NCBI GenBank assembly: GCA_963681965.1 | Contig: OY820579.1 | Span: forward strand, 896,001 to 960,000 | Origin: a bacterium | GTDB lineage: Bacteria > Electryoneota > JAOADG01 | DNA: 64,000 nt | Reading direction: 5' to 3' | In this document: positions 1 through 9,458 of the stretch, piece by piece | How positions within the stretch are numbered: the stretch's first letter is position 1 | Layout of the letters: each line of letters starts with the position of its first letter | Position numbers and translations under genes: made by a program | Notes under the pieces: generated by a model | Databases searched by the model: none | Told to the model about the DNA's origin: nothing | What the model saw: only the letters and a program-made list of their open reading frames with translations

Positions 1-1107
1 CGGTTTGTAAGTCGAAACGGCATAGTGCAACGCATCTGCCAATACAATACGACCTTCGGCATCGGTATTGCCGACTTCAACAGTCTTGCCATTCATCATC
101 GTAAGAATGTCGTCGACATGATACGATTTCCCGTCAGGCATATTCATTACGGCAGGAATGACACCAATCAAATTGACTGGAAGTTTCAATGCGGCAACCG
201 TTTTGACAGTACCCAACACGGTGGCGGCACCGCTCATATCGAATTTCATACCCAGCATCGAGGCAGAAGGTTTCAGCGACAACCCGCCGCTATCGAAGCA
301 CAACCCTTTGCCGACCAAGCATAGAGGTGGTTCCCCACGCTTGCCGCCGCGGTATTCGAGCACAACCATGTAAGATTGATCGGCGGAACCGGCTCCGACC
401 GCTAGAACGCCATTGGCATTCATTTTCTTCAAGGCATCTTCGTCGAAGACATGAAGAATCAATTTTAGATCTTGTGCGATTCCTTCGGCAGTCCGAACGA
501 GGTAGTTTGGCGTCACAACATTGGGCGGTCCATTCTGTAAATCGCGTGCGAGTGTGATACCATCGAGAATCATTTCCGAACGGGCGCCGGACTCTTCCAA
601 TGGTTTTTTATCTTTCGCTTTTTCAACGTAAAGAGTAATTTCTTCGACGTCTTTGATCTTTTCGATGTCCACGGTCCGGTGTCGAAGGTACTGGTACAGC
701 GCCATACCGGATCCGAGTACCGCTCCTTCGGTTAATTCGGTCGTGCCAAGTTTGTCGGTTGTCGTCGGGTCGATCAGGAATGAAAACTTCCGGATGCCCA
801 TTCCGCGTGCATAGATTGCCGATTGAGCAATAGCGGTACGCCAGCTTTCGTTGGAAACGGAATCTTTGCCCAGACCCCACAACATCAGGCGCTTGATCCG
901 AGCGCCGCCGCGACCGTAAACCATCATCCCTTCGCCAGCTTTCCCGACGAAATCGCCGGTCGCCAATGCGGGTTGAAGAGTACCGCCCACCAGATCGTCT
1001 AGCGAAAGGAAAAGACCCTTTTTGGGATTGGTTCCCTCTTTTGCCATCACAATCAACAACGGAGTGGCTAGATCGACTAACGCCCCCGATGCATATCGAA
1101 AAGTCAT
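1..1107 (-). CDS. pepA: Leucyl aminopeptidase (M17 family), 5' part; runs off the window start
   Basis: Not in the ORF track because no stop lies in the window. Manual translation from ATG 1107 (AAGGAG RBS upstream) contains the M17 motifs LVGKGLCFDSGGLSLKP, MKFDMSGAA and NTDAEGR. Confidence 0.93.
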   Translation of the reverse strand, partial: MTFRYASGALVDLATPLLIVMAKEGTNPKKGLFLSLDDLVGGTLQPALATGDFVGKAGEGMMVYGRGGARIKRLMLWGLGKDSVSNESWRTAIAQSAIYARGMGIRKFSFLIDPTTTDKLGTTELTEGAVLGSGMALYQYLRHRTVDIEKIKDVEEITLYVEKAKDKKPLEESGARSEMILDGITLARDLQNGPPNVVTPNYLVRTAEGIAQDLKLILHVFDEDALKKMNANGVLAVGAGSADQSYMVVLEYRGGKRGEPPLCLVGKGLCFDSGGLSLKPSASMLGMKFDMSGAATVLGTVKTVAALKLPVNLIGVIPAVMNMPDGKSYHVDDILTMMNGKTVEVGNTDAEGRIVLADALHYAVSTYKP

Positions 1108-1165
1108 TTTTTTGCTCCTTGTCACGAAAAATCGAAGTATCTATATCAAATAATAATAAAATCTT

Positions 1166-1183
1166 CACCGATACCTATCGGCG
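1166..1183 (-). promoter_or_regulatory. Bacterial SECIS-like hairpin
   Basis: mRNA reads UGA GGCUCGUUGAAC CGCCGAU-AGGU-AUCGGUG. The 7-bp stem begins 12 nt after the UGA and the loop contains GG/GU. Confidence 0.7.
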
Positions 1184-1660
1184 GTTCAACGAGCCTCACC
1201 CCGGTCGATATTGCGGTACATTGTCTCCGGCGTGAAACGGAGAAGGGATCTTCATTTTACTGGCAATATTTTCAATACCGCTTCGATCAAAGCTTTCAAC
1301 GGCTTCTTGGATGATCCCATCAGCACTTACCAATAGCAGAGTCGGCACGACATCGATTTGGTAAGTATTTGATACATAATAATCAGTTTGCTCTTGCATG
1401 ATCGGAATCGATTTATGAAATGCCGATTGATAATGATGTACCCGATTCTCATCCAGATCTTGACAAATTCCATACACTTGTACCCCTGATGATGAAAGCC
1501 GCTCCAAAAACGGGGAAGTGTATTGACAAACCGGACAACTGGTTTTAAAGAAGTACAAAAGCAAGGGAGAGTAACCAATCCGATGATCCAGCTCAAACGA
1601 GGTGCCGTCAGTGAGTGATAACGAAAAATTCGGTGCTGGTTTTGCTTTTGCGATCGCCAT
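1175..1660 (-). CDS. TlpA/peroxiredoxin-like redoxin (CxxC), predicted selenoprotein ending ...YRPG-U-GSLNRR
   Basis: Thioredoxin-fold motifs APNFSL, FFKTSCPVCQ and VVPTLLLV. In-frame TGA at 1196-1198 is followed by a SECIS-like hairpin and a TAG at 1175-1177. Without readthrough the CDS ends at 1196. Confidence 0.8.
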
Positions 1661-1886
1661 AGTGTAGTTTGAGATCAACAATACCGCTTCAAAGAATCGC
1701 GCCGGTGAAGGGTAACCCTCCAAAACGGCGAGAGATAGCAGCTAAATATAGTCATTTTTATAGTAAAAGGCAATTTTTTACTCATTTTACCCCCTCAAAC
1801 GCACACAATTCCGTTCCCGTAACTATCTAAGTAATTCATTTCGTATACTATTTCCGACTAAGATAAGATCCGGAGGAATTTTCTGT

Positions 1887-2429
1887 ATGATTGAAGTAAA
1901 AAGTCCCGCACCGCTGTTTGAGTCAAATGCGCTGATTGGTAAAGAGATCAAAAAAATCAAATTAACCGACTACCAAGACAAAGGAAGTAAAAAGGGAAAG
2001 TGGGTCGTATTATTCTTCTATCCACTTGATTTTACTTTGGTATGCCCGACTGAAATCAAGGGATTTGCCGCCGAATACGATGAATTCAAGAAGCGAAATG
2101 CCGAAGTAATCGGCTGCTCGATCGATAGCGTATATGTCCACAAAGCGTGGTCGGAAGCAAAAGATGGAATCGGTGAATTGCCGTTTCCGCTCATGTCCGA
2201 TCTGACGAAAACGATTTCCCGCGATTACGGCGTACTCTTGGAGAATGACGGATTTGCTTTGCGCGGTACCTTTATCATCGATCCCGACGGTATTCTTCAG
2301 TTTTCCGTCGTCCACAATACCAATGTCGGTCGATCGATCGACGAGACCTTGCGGGTACTCGATGCATTGCAGGCTGGCGGTGCCTGTCCGATCAACTGGC
2401 ACAAGGGTGAAAAGTTGCTGGGCAAGTAA
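1887..2429 (+). CDS. ahpC: Typical 2-Cys peroxiredoxin
   Basis: FYPLDFTLVCPTE, GRSIDETLR and resolving CPINW motifs; GGAGG RBS. Confidence 0.93.
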   Translation: MIEVKSPAPLFESNALIGKEIKKIKLTDYQDKGSKKGKWVVLFFYPLDFTLVCPTEIKGFAAEYDEFKKRNAEVIGCSIDSVYVHKAWSEAKDGIGELPFPLMSDLTKTISRDYGVLLENDGFALRGTFIIDPDGILQFSVVHNTNVGRSIDETLRVLDALQAGGACPINWHKGEKLLGK

Positions 2430-2454
2430 TCGAACAGCAAGTAAGTAGGGAAAC

Positions 2455-2487
2455 GGGCGTCACTTTCGGGTGACCCCTTTTCTTTTT
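2455..2487 (+). terminator. Intrinsic terminator after ahpC
   Basis: GGGCGTCAC-TTTCGG-GTGACCCC hairpin followed by a T-rich tail. Confidence 0.6.
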
Positions 2488-2551
2488 ACCTTCGATTGAT
2501 TGTTGGAAAATTGAGCGAATTACATCGATAACGCTAACTCAGGAGACTACT

Positions 2552-3502
2552 GTGTCATCAACGAAAGCCGACCGTCTGGTCACAATCCTCGGTTCCGGTC
2601 CGGCGGGACTAACCGCCGCCATCTACGCTGCCCGTGCCAATCTGAATCCATTGGTGTTCGAAGGGGGACAGCCGGGGGGACAATTGACCATCACGACCGA
2701 TGTGGAAAACTTCCCAGGATTCGAAAAGGGGATCATGGGTCCCGATCTGATGGACACCATGCATGCGCAAGCGGAACGATTCGGTACCGAATTTATCATG
2801 GATGAAGTCGTCGAAATCGATTTTTCCTCCACTCCGTTTACCGTCAAGACCCGCGATATGAGCATTACAACCGAAGCATTGATTATTTCCACCGGCGCGT
2901 CGGCGAAGATGCTTGGTCTGCCGAGTGAAAAGGAGTTGATGGGCTACGGTGTCAGTGCGTGTGCGACCTGCGACGGTTTCTTCTATCGCGGCAAAGAGGT
3001 GGCTGTGGTCGGTGGTGGTGATACCGCCATGGAAGAAGCGACGTATTTGACAAATCATGCGACCAAAGTGACGATGATTCATCGGCGACAGGAATTTCGC
3101 GCATCGAAAACCATGATCGAACGAGCGAAAGCCAATCCGAAGATTGCTTGGAAACTCGGATATGTCATCGAAGAAGTGCTTGGCGCACGCGATAAAGGGG
3201 TACACGCCCTTAAGTTAAAGAATGTCGCCACCGGGAAAATCGAAGAATTCAATGTCGATGGTCTATTCATCGGTATCGGTCACCATCCGAATACCTCGCT
3301 TTTTGAGGGAAAATTGCCGATGGATGAAACCGGTTATCTGAAGGTGATTCCGGGATCTTCCCGAACGACCGTGCCGGGTGTATATGCCGCCGGCGACGTT
3401 TGCGATCCGGTGTATCGTCAGGCGACTACCGCGGCAGGCATGGGGTGTATGGCGGCAATCGATTGCGAACGCGACCTCGCGAATCGCGGATTGCATGTCT
3501 GA
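2552..3502 (+). CDS. trxB: Thioredoxin-disulfide reductase
   Basis: GSGPAG FAD motif, CATCDGFF active site, GGGDTA NADPH motif and AAGDV. Confidence 0.96.
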   Translation: MSSTKADRLVTILGSGPAGLTAAIYAARANLNPLVFEGGQPGGQLTITTDVENFPGFEKGIMGPDLMDTMHAQAERFGTEFIMDEVVEIDFSSTPFTVKTRDMSITTEALIISTGASAKMLGLPSEKELMGYGVSACATCDGFFYRGKEVAVVGGGDTAMEEATYLTNHATKVTMIHRRQEFRASKTMIERAKANPKIAWKLGYVIEEVLGARDKGVHALKLKNVATGKIEEFNVDGLFIGIGHHPNTSLFEGKLPMDETGYLKVIPGSSRTTVPGVYAAGDVCDPVYRQATTAAGMGCMAAIDCERDLANRGLHV

Positions 3503-4055
3503 CAATCCCATTGGAATGCCGGTCGAACCGGAACCGGGCTGGATGCGCGAGCAATTTGATAACGATCCACTGCTCCAGACACTCGAACCGGAACCGGGAA
3601 TTGCTCCTGAACCAAGTGTGGCGGAGGCGGAAGATCCCTTCGCCACCTTTGCATTCGAATCGCGTAGTATCGCGGTAGAGCGCCAGAATACGCAGCTTGC
3701 GCCGTGGCTAATGTTGCCGCCGCCGGACGATGGTTACTTTCGGGCGCTGACGTTATCCGATTTGGAAGTCGGCAAGGGAATGGGGTTACAGCTTTACAAC
3801 CGGAAGATCGCGATTTTCCGCCCGGAACCGGACAAAGTGATGGCGTGCGACGATGTCTGTCCCCATGCCGGAGCACCACTCAGCAACGGATTGCTGCACG
3901 GCTGTGCGCTGATGTGTGTGTGGCACGGTTGGACGTTCGATCTGGAAACCGGCGAATCCGACGTCAATGAGAATATGCCACTCCACCTCTATCCAGTTCA
4001 GATCCGCGACGGCGAAGTGTGGGTAGGGGTGCTGGTAAATCCCGATAATGATTGA
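3495..4055 (+). CDS. Rieske [2Fe-2S] ferredoxin (NirD-like) with acidic N-terminal extension
   Basis: CPHAG and CVWHGWTFD Rieske motifs; ATG 3495 overlaps the end of trxB. Confidence 0.85.
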   Translation: MSDNPIGMPVEPEPGWMREQFDNDPLLQTLEPEPGIAPEPSVAEAEDPFATFAFESRSIAVERQNTQLAPWLMLPPPDDGYFRALTLSDLEVGKGMGLQLYNRKIAIFRPEPDKVMACDDVCPHAGAPLSNGLLHGCALMCVWHGWTFDLETGESDVNENMPLHLYPVQIRDGEVWVGVLVNPDND

Positions 4056-4219
4056 TAATTATTGGGATAAACGAGCAATTTTTGATTAATAGTTCAACAC
4101 TTCACTACTGTCATTACCTTTTTGCGACTTCCTGCCACTAATACTTTAAGCGGTCGATTCGATACTTTGGTTTCTTATCGCGATCCACTTTCAAAGTACC
4201 ACTTCATTTTGGAGCAATC

Positions 4220-5572
4220 ATGTTTTCTAAATTAACTCGCCTGATGTTCGTTGCGCTGCTGATCTGCATAATGACCCTAGTGGTGTTAGCGGCACCGCTT
4301 GATCCAGTGACGAATGCGAAGAATTTTGTCACGCTGCTGGAGCAACACAAGTTCAACGAAGCATTCAACCAGTGCGATTCCACGATGCAGGCGAATCTGC
4401 CCAGCGACAAGCTGAAGGAAATCTGGCAGACACTGAATATTCAAGCCGGTCCGTTCAAGAAACAGGTCGGAACTCGCACACAAAAGTATAAAAGCATGGA
4501 TATTGTGTTCGTGACGTGTGAATTCGATCAAGCGTATCTAGATACGAAGGTCGTGTTGAATGCCGCCGGAAAAGTCGCCGGTCTGTTCTTTGTCCCCGGA
4601 GAAGCGCCAGCGGTCGCAAGCGAAGCACCGGACTATGTGCAACCGTCCCGCTTCGAAGAGAAAGAGGTTACGATCGGTCGTGGCGAATGGGCGCTACCGG
4701 CAACCTTGACGCTCCCGGTCGGTGTCAAAAATGCTCCGGTGTTGATATTGGTGCACGGCTCCGGTCCACAGGATCGCGATGAGACAGTCGGACCTAATAA
4801 ACCGTTCAAAGATATTGCGTGGGGTTTGGCATCGCGCGGGATTGCCGTGCTCCGGTACGAAAAGCGCACCAAACAGCACTCCGAAAAATTGGCATCAGTC
4901 GTCAAGACGATAACAGTTAAGGAAGAAACAGTCGATGACGCCGCCGCCGCAGTAGTGGCAATGCAAGCGCGCAACGATCTCGATGGCAAACGGGTGTATG
5001 TGCTCGGCCATTCGCTTGGCGGGATGCTGATTCCCCAAATTGCACAAGCTACGAATGGGGTCGCGGGTTTCATTATTCTCGCTGGAACCACCCGACCGCT
5101 GGAAGATGTGATTCTCGATCAGGTAAGGTATCTGGCACCGTTACAAAGCAAATCCTCAACCGAAGCTGAAACGGCAATCGCTGAGATTCAAAAGCAGGTC
5201 GCGCTAGTGAAAAGCTCGGCACTCACCGACACCGTTTCTTCGACACGACTGCCACTGGGCGTACCGGCACATTATTGGCTGGACTTGCGAAGTTACGATC
5301 CCGCAGCAGCAGCGAAAGCGATAAAACAACCATTGCTGATTCTGCAGGGGGATCGCGATTATCAGGTGACGATGCAGGATTTCGATGGGTGGAAGAAAGC
5401 GCTATCGGGGCAACCTCAGGTCACACTGAAAGTATTGCCGAAACTTAATCATCTATTCATTGAAGGTACGGGTAAGAGTACACCTGCCGAATACGATCAG
5501 GCGGGGCACGTTTCTGAGATCGTGATTACCACGATAGGTGAATGGATGGACAAAGCGGGTGGTGGGAAGTAG
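4220..5572 (+). CDS. Exported alpha/beta-hydrolase with DUF3887-like N-terminal domain
   Basis: Signal peptide, HGSGPQDRD, GHSLGG nucleophile elbow, QGDRDYQV and LNHLF. Confidence 0.85.
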   Translation: MFSKLTRLMFVALLICIMTLVVLAAPLDPVTNAKNFVTLLEQHKFNEAFNQCDSTMQANLPSDKLKEIWQTLNIQAGPFKKQVGTRTQKYKSMDIVFVTCEFDQAYLDTKVVLNAAGKVAGLFFVPGEAPAVASEAPDYVQPSRFEEKEVTIGRGEWALPATLTLPVGVKNAPVLILVHGSGPQDRDETVGPNKPFKDIAWGLASRGIAVLRYEKRTKQHSEKLASVVKTITVKEETVDDAAAAVVAMQARNDLDGKRVYVLGHSLGGMLIPQIAQATNGVAGFIILAGTTRPLEDVILDQVRYLAPLQSKSSTEAETAIAEIQKQVALVKSSALTDTVSSTRLPLGVPAHYWLDLRSYDPAAAAKAIKQPLLILQGDRDYQVTMQDFDGWKKALSGQPQVTLKVLPKLNHLFIEGTGKSTPAEYDQAGHVSEIVITTIGEWMDKAGGGK

Positions 5573-5664
5573 GTGATTGGTGTTGGGAAAAGATCACAGT
5601 TGGTGCGATGTGAAAAGATCCTGTTCAAACGAATAGCGGTAAAAATGTATAACTGATTTTTTGG

Positions 5665-5695
5665 AATGGTGGGGGTGAAACTCCACCATTTTTTT
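5665..5695 (+). terminator. Intrinsic terminator
   Basis: AATGGTGG...CCACCATT stem followed by a T run. Confidence 0.65.
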
Positions 5696-6034
5696 ATAAA
5701 TCAAACCCGACGAAGATCATTCAACTCGAAGAGAACTGGTTCATACTGTTTACTATTACCGTGAGCTCGATCACAATTTAAATAGAGTACTATTGCAGTG
5801 ACGTTCTCGAAGATCGAAATTATCGCTACTTACACCTCTCTCACTTTACTCCGTATTGTATTACAGTGATCACTTCTAACTACTATTCAAACCCACAACA
5901 AAATATTCGCGTACTACTGACGTCTACGGCGAACCGGATGGCCCGATCTTAACGCTTGCACTTAGAATCCGTGACACACTCCCGAAAATATTTACCGTAT
6001 CAGTTGTGTAACAATACTCAAATCCGGAGGAATA

Positions 6035-9000
6035 ATGACCAGCAATCGTTGTGAAAGAACCCCCGAAAGAAGAAATTTCACGCGCTTCATTTTGCTACTG
6101 CTCGGTCTAATATTGGGTGCGATGCAAGCGAATGCAGTCATCCTGTTCAATCAGCCCCACGACGGTACGGGAACAATACATCAATCCTCAAGTTGGGATC
6201 CTAACGGCAGCGACTACGACCAACTTGTCTGGGATCGCTTTTCACTTTCCTCCGACCAAGCGATCACAGCGGTGAATTGGCGAGGTGGTGGTGCAACAAG
6301 TTCGATTGTTAGTTTTACCGTAGCGATCTACGCTTCGATTCCCGCCGGTTCGCAACCCGACTTAGGATATCTATACACCGGACCGCTAGTATCCTATACC
6401 ACTACCGGAAATGCGGGTCAAACTTCCGCAGGTACGTTTGGCGGTGTGCAGCTATATGATTATCACTTCACGCTCCCTTCTCCGTTTCAAGCGACTGCGG
6501 GTGTACCGTATTGGATTTATATCGTCGCGAATCAGTCCGGTATGCCGAATTGGGGATTCGCCAATGGTGGTTCCGGGAGTCATTTCCGGTGTATTGCGAA
6601 TGTCGGCGACCGGTTTTATCAGATCGTAAGTGGCGATGCCGCATTCTCGCTGGTAGGATCGGATCAACCAACGGTAACAATCGCCGCCAGTGTCACGCCG
6701 ACTTCATCGGGCACAATTCAAGGAGCCGGTTCTTATCCCATTGGAAGTACGGTCTCATTAACAGCAGTTCCGGCTGCCAATTATGGATTTGTGGAATGGA
6801 CTGAGGGTGGTGTATCGGTAAGTACCTCCACAGTCTATAGCTTTACCGCAACGACCAACCAAACCTTTGTCGCGCATTTCGCTCCAGCATACACTGTTAC
6901 CACTTCATCCTCACCACTGGCTGGTGGTGTAACGAATGGTGGCGGGATCTTCACGTTGGGATCAAGTGTCACAGTCAATGCGATCGCGAATTCGGGATAT
7001 GTATTTCATGCTTGGTTGGAAGGCGGTTCGCCGGTTAGCTCTTCGGCTAGTTACACTTTTACGATTGCGAGTTCGCGAAATCTAGTCGCGCAATTTACCG
7101 CTCAACCGGCATCGGCGCTGTTTGATTTCGATACCGGTTTACCCTCGGTTCAGCCGTATCAATCAATGCCTTCCACTCAAACGAATGCGGGTTTGACTGC
7201 AACTTTTTCGACTCTGGGTTTTGGATTTTGGTCAATTCAAAATACGATATACGGCTTTGTTCCATCGAATTTTTCCGGCAACTTTTTGTATCCCTCGAAC
7301 CCATCTGGAAGTATTGTTCTCTCCTTCAGTCAACCGCTCACCAGTTTACGGATCGCGTTCTGTACCGCGGAAGTTTCGTCGGAGTACGATATTGCTTCGC
7401 TAGTGCGCATTACGGGTTATGCAACGAGTACCACGAATCCGGCGATCGGCAGCGCCAGCGCGCGCGGCGACTGGATCAGTGGTCCCTATCCGGAAGGGTC
7501 GGTGACATTCAGTTCGGCGACACAATTCAGCGTAATCAAGATCGATATTCCATCCGGACAGGGGTATCCTGTCAGTAACTATCTCTTTGTCGACAATATT
7601 GTTGCCCAACAGGCTTCGCCACCACCAACGCGTACGATCACCACATCGGCTTCACCTACTGCCGGAGGGTTTGTGACGGGGGCTGGCGTATACACGCTTG
7701 GTTCGCTCGCAACGCTTGAGGCAGTATCGAACAACGGCTACAGTTTCATTAATTGGACTGAAGGCGGTGTTGAAGTGAGTACTTCGTCGGTATATAGTTT
7801 CGATGCTACGGCGAATCGTACTTTGGTTGCTCACTTCGGACAAGACTGGTATATCACGACCATTGCTTCACCACCAGAAGGTGGGGTGACTTATGGCGAT
7901 GGTTTCTATACCAGCGGTACTCCAGTAACGGTGAGTGCGATTCCAAATCCCGGTTACGATTTTGTCAATTGGACTGAATCAGGCACTGCTGTTAGTACAT
8001 TGGCGGATTATTCGTTCACTTCGACCAGTGCCCGTACACTATCTGCCAATTTCGCATTCACTCAATATTCTCTGACAACAATCGTTCAACCGGTCAATGC
8101 CGGCACAGCCACCGGAGCGGGGTCGTATGCCAGTGGCAATTATGCCAGTATTTGGGCGGGACCGAACAGTGGTTACGTTTTCCAGCAATGGGAAATGAAT
8201 GGTGTTCCTTTCAGCAATCAGCAAAGTGAATCGATCTGGATGGATTCGAATCATGTCGTGACTGCGGTTTTTGCGCCCGCTATCACGATTACGATTTCCG
8301 GTACATCCCCCGATGGTATTGCTTATGGCGCAGGCGAGTATGCGATCGGACAGAGTGTTGAATTACGAGCGGTGCCGCACACGGGACGGGCGTTTCGGCA
8401 TTGGCTGGAAAACGGTTTTTCGGTGAGTGATGCGTCGGTTTACCGTTTTACTGCCTCGACTGCGCGAACCTTGACAGCAGTATTTGAAGCCGACACGCTT
8501 TCCGCGACATTCGATTTCGATACCGGAACACCATCGACACTTGAGGGCGATCCCATGCCTGCCACTCAAACGTCAGGCGGCTGGAGTGCCCGATTTAGCG
8601 CACCTAGCGGGACATTTGCGATTCACTCGGAAACGAGTACCGGCTGGCGTCTCTCGAATACCGGGAACCATTACCTCTTTCCGACCGGCAGTCCTTCGGA
8701 ATTGTTTGTGTTGTTTGATCGGTCGGTGGGCAGTGTTCATCTTAGCTTTGCCACGTTGGATTTCCAGCAGCTCGTTACACCCAGTGAAGTACGATTGACC
8801 GCGTGGAGCGATAGTGCCGGAACGCAATTGATCGGTGTCGTTACTGCCGTTGGAATTGTTAAACCCGGAGATTTGCTCCCGACGGGAACACTCAGTCTTC
8901 AAGCGAGCAATATCCGGTTGATAAAAGTGGATATGCCGACACAGACATCGGGAACAACTGATTTTGTCATCGACAATATCTCGGTACGCAGCGTGCCGCA

Positions 9001-9214
9001 ACTATATGCGAGCTATCAGGCGGATCTCGATCCCACGACGGTCACATTGAGTTGGCAGGCACCTTGTTCGGGTTATTCTTTGCAGACCACGACCGATCTT
9101 ATTCCGGCAAATTGGCAGACGGTAACCACTTCAGTTACTACCATGAATAATCAAAATCGGGTTGCGGTTCATCTTAGTGGAACTCGAGGGTATTATCGGT
9201 TATTCCACCCATAA
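6035..9214 (+). CDS. Large exported S/T-rich repeat protein (divergent InlB B-repeat-like domains)
   Basis: Signal peptide; about six ~75-aa repeats of the form GxGxY..G..VTL.A.P..GY.F..W.E.G..VS....YSF....RTL.A.F; two related FDFDTG beta-domains. Confidence 0.8.
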   Translation: MTSNRCERTPERRNFTRFILLLLGLILGAMQANAVILFNQPHDGTGTIHQSSSWDPNGSDYDQLVWDRFSLSSDQAITAVNWRGGGATSSIVSFTVAIYASIPAGSQPDLGYLYTGPLVSYTTTGNAGQTSAGTFGGVQLYDYHFTLPSPFQATAGVPYWIYIVANQSGMPNWGFANGGSGSHFRCIANVGDRFYQIVSGDAAFSLVGSDQPTVTIAASVTPTSSGTIQGAGSYPIGSTVSLTAVPAANYGFVEWTEGGVSVSTSTVYSFTATTNQTFVAHFAPAYTVTTSSSPLAGGVTNGGGIFTLGSSVTVNAIANSGYVFHAWLEGGSPVSSSASYTFTIASSRNLVAQFTAQPASALFDFDTGLPSVQPYQSMPSTQTNAGLTATFSTLGFGFWSIQNTIYGFVPSNFSGNFLYPSNPSGSIVLSFSQPLTSLRIAFCTAEVSSEYDIASLVRITGYATSTTNPAIGSASARGDWISGPYPEGSVTFSSATQFSVIKIDIPSGQGYPVSNYLFVDNIVAQQASPPPTRTITTSASPTAGGFVTGAGVYTLGSLATLEAVSNNGYSFINWTEGGVEVSTSSVYSFDATANRTLVAHFGQDWYITTIASPPEGGVTYGDGFYTSGTPVTVSAIPNPGYDFVNWTESGTAVSTLADYSFTSTSARTLSANFAFTQYSLTTIVQPVNAGTATGAGSYASGNYASIWAGPNSGYVFQQWEMNGVPFSNQQSESIWMDSNHVVTAVFAPAITITISGTSPDGIAYGAGEYAIGQSVELRAVPHTGRAFRHWLENGFSVSDASVYRFTASTARTLTAVFEADTLSATFDFDTGTPSTLEGDPMPATQTSGGWSARFSAPSGTFAIHSETSTGWRLSNTGNHYLFPTGSPSELFVLFDRSVGSVHLSFATLDFQQLVTPSEVRLTAWSDSAGTQLIGVVTAVGIVKPGDLLPTGTLSLQASNIRLIKVDMPTQTSGTTDFVIDNISVRSVPQLYASYQADLDPTTVTLSWQAPCSGYSLQTTTDLIPANWQTVTTSVTTMNNQNRVAVHLSGTRGYYRLFHP

Positions 9215-9283
9215 TATCACTGAGTAAATGGAATTTTTCGCCACAATGACGGGCGATCCAATGGGTCGCCTGTTTGATTAATA

Positions 9284-9392
9284 GTGGTTCTTGAAAATAG
9301 TTGTCATGATTCGGTGTCAGGCTTCGCCTGACCTGCGGGCGGACGCGGGGGTCCGCCCCTACTACCGATAACAACTAATTTTCAAGAGATAC
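9284..9392. mobile_element. MITE-like element, copy 1 (terminal inverted repeats plus internal REP hairpin)
   Basis: Reverse-complement near-identity to 21020-21129 and 37518-37627; ends GTGGTTCTTGAAAATAGTTGT ... ACAACTAATTTTCAAGAGATAC. Confidence 0.75.
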
Positions 9393-9403
9393 TATAATGC
9401 CAT

Positions 9404-9440
9404 AAAAAACGGGGCGTCTACACAACGCCCCGCCTGTTTT
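9404..9440. terminator. Probable bidirectional terminator between convergent genes
   Basis: AAAAAA-CGGGGCGT...ACGCCCCG-cctgTTTT. Confidence 0.6.
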
Positions 9441-9458
9441 ACGCGATTAGAAGAATTC

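Noticed and set aside
25-1168. Track ORFs 25-324, 158-373, 327-557, 623-1168 and similar
   Set aside because: Shadow frames of pepA, which the track missed because it has no stop in the window.
5740-5920. Recurring TACT(A) words and TATTRCAGTGA twice upstream of the repeat protein
   Set aside because: Short, irregularly spaced and in AT-rich DNA; not CRISPR-like and no recognisable riboswitch.
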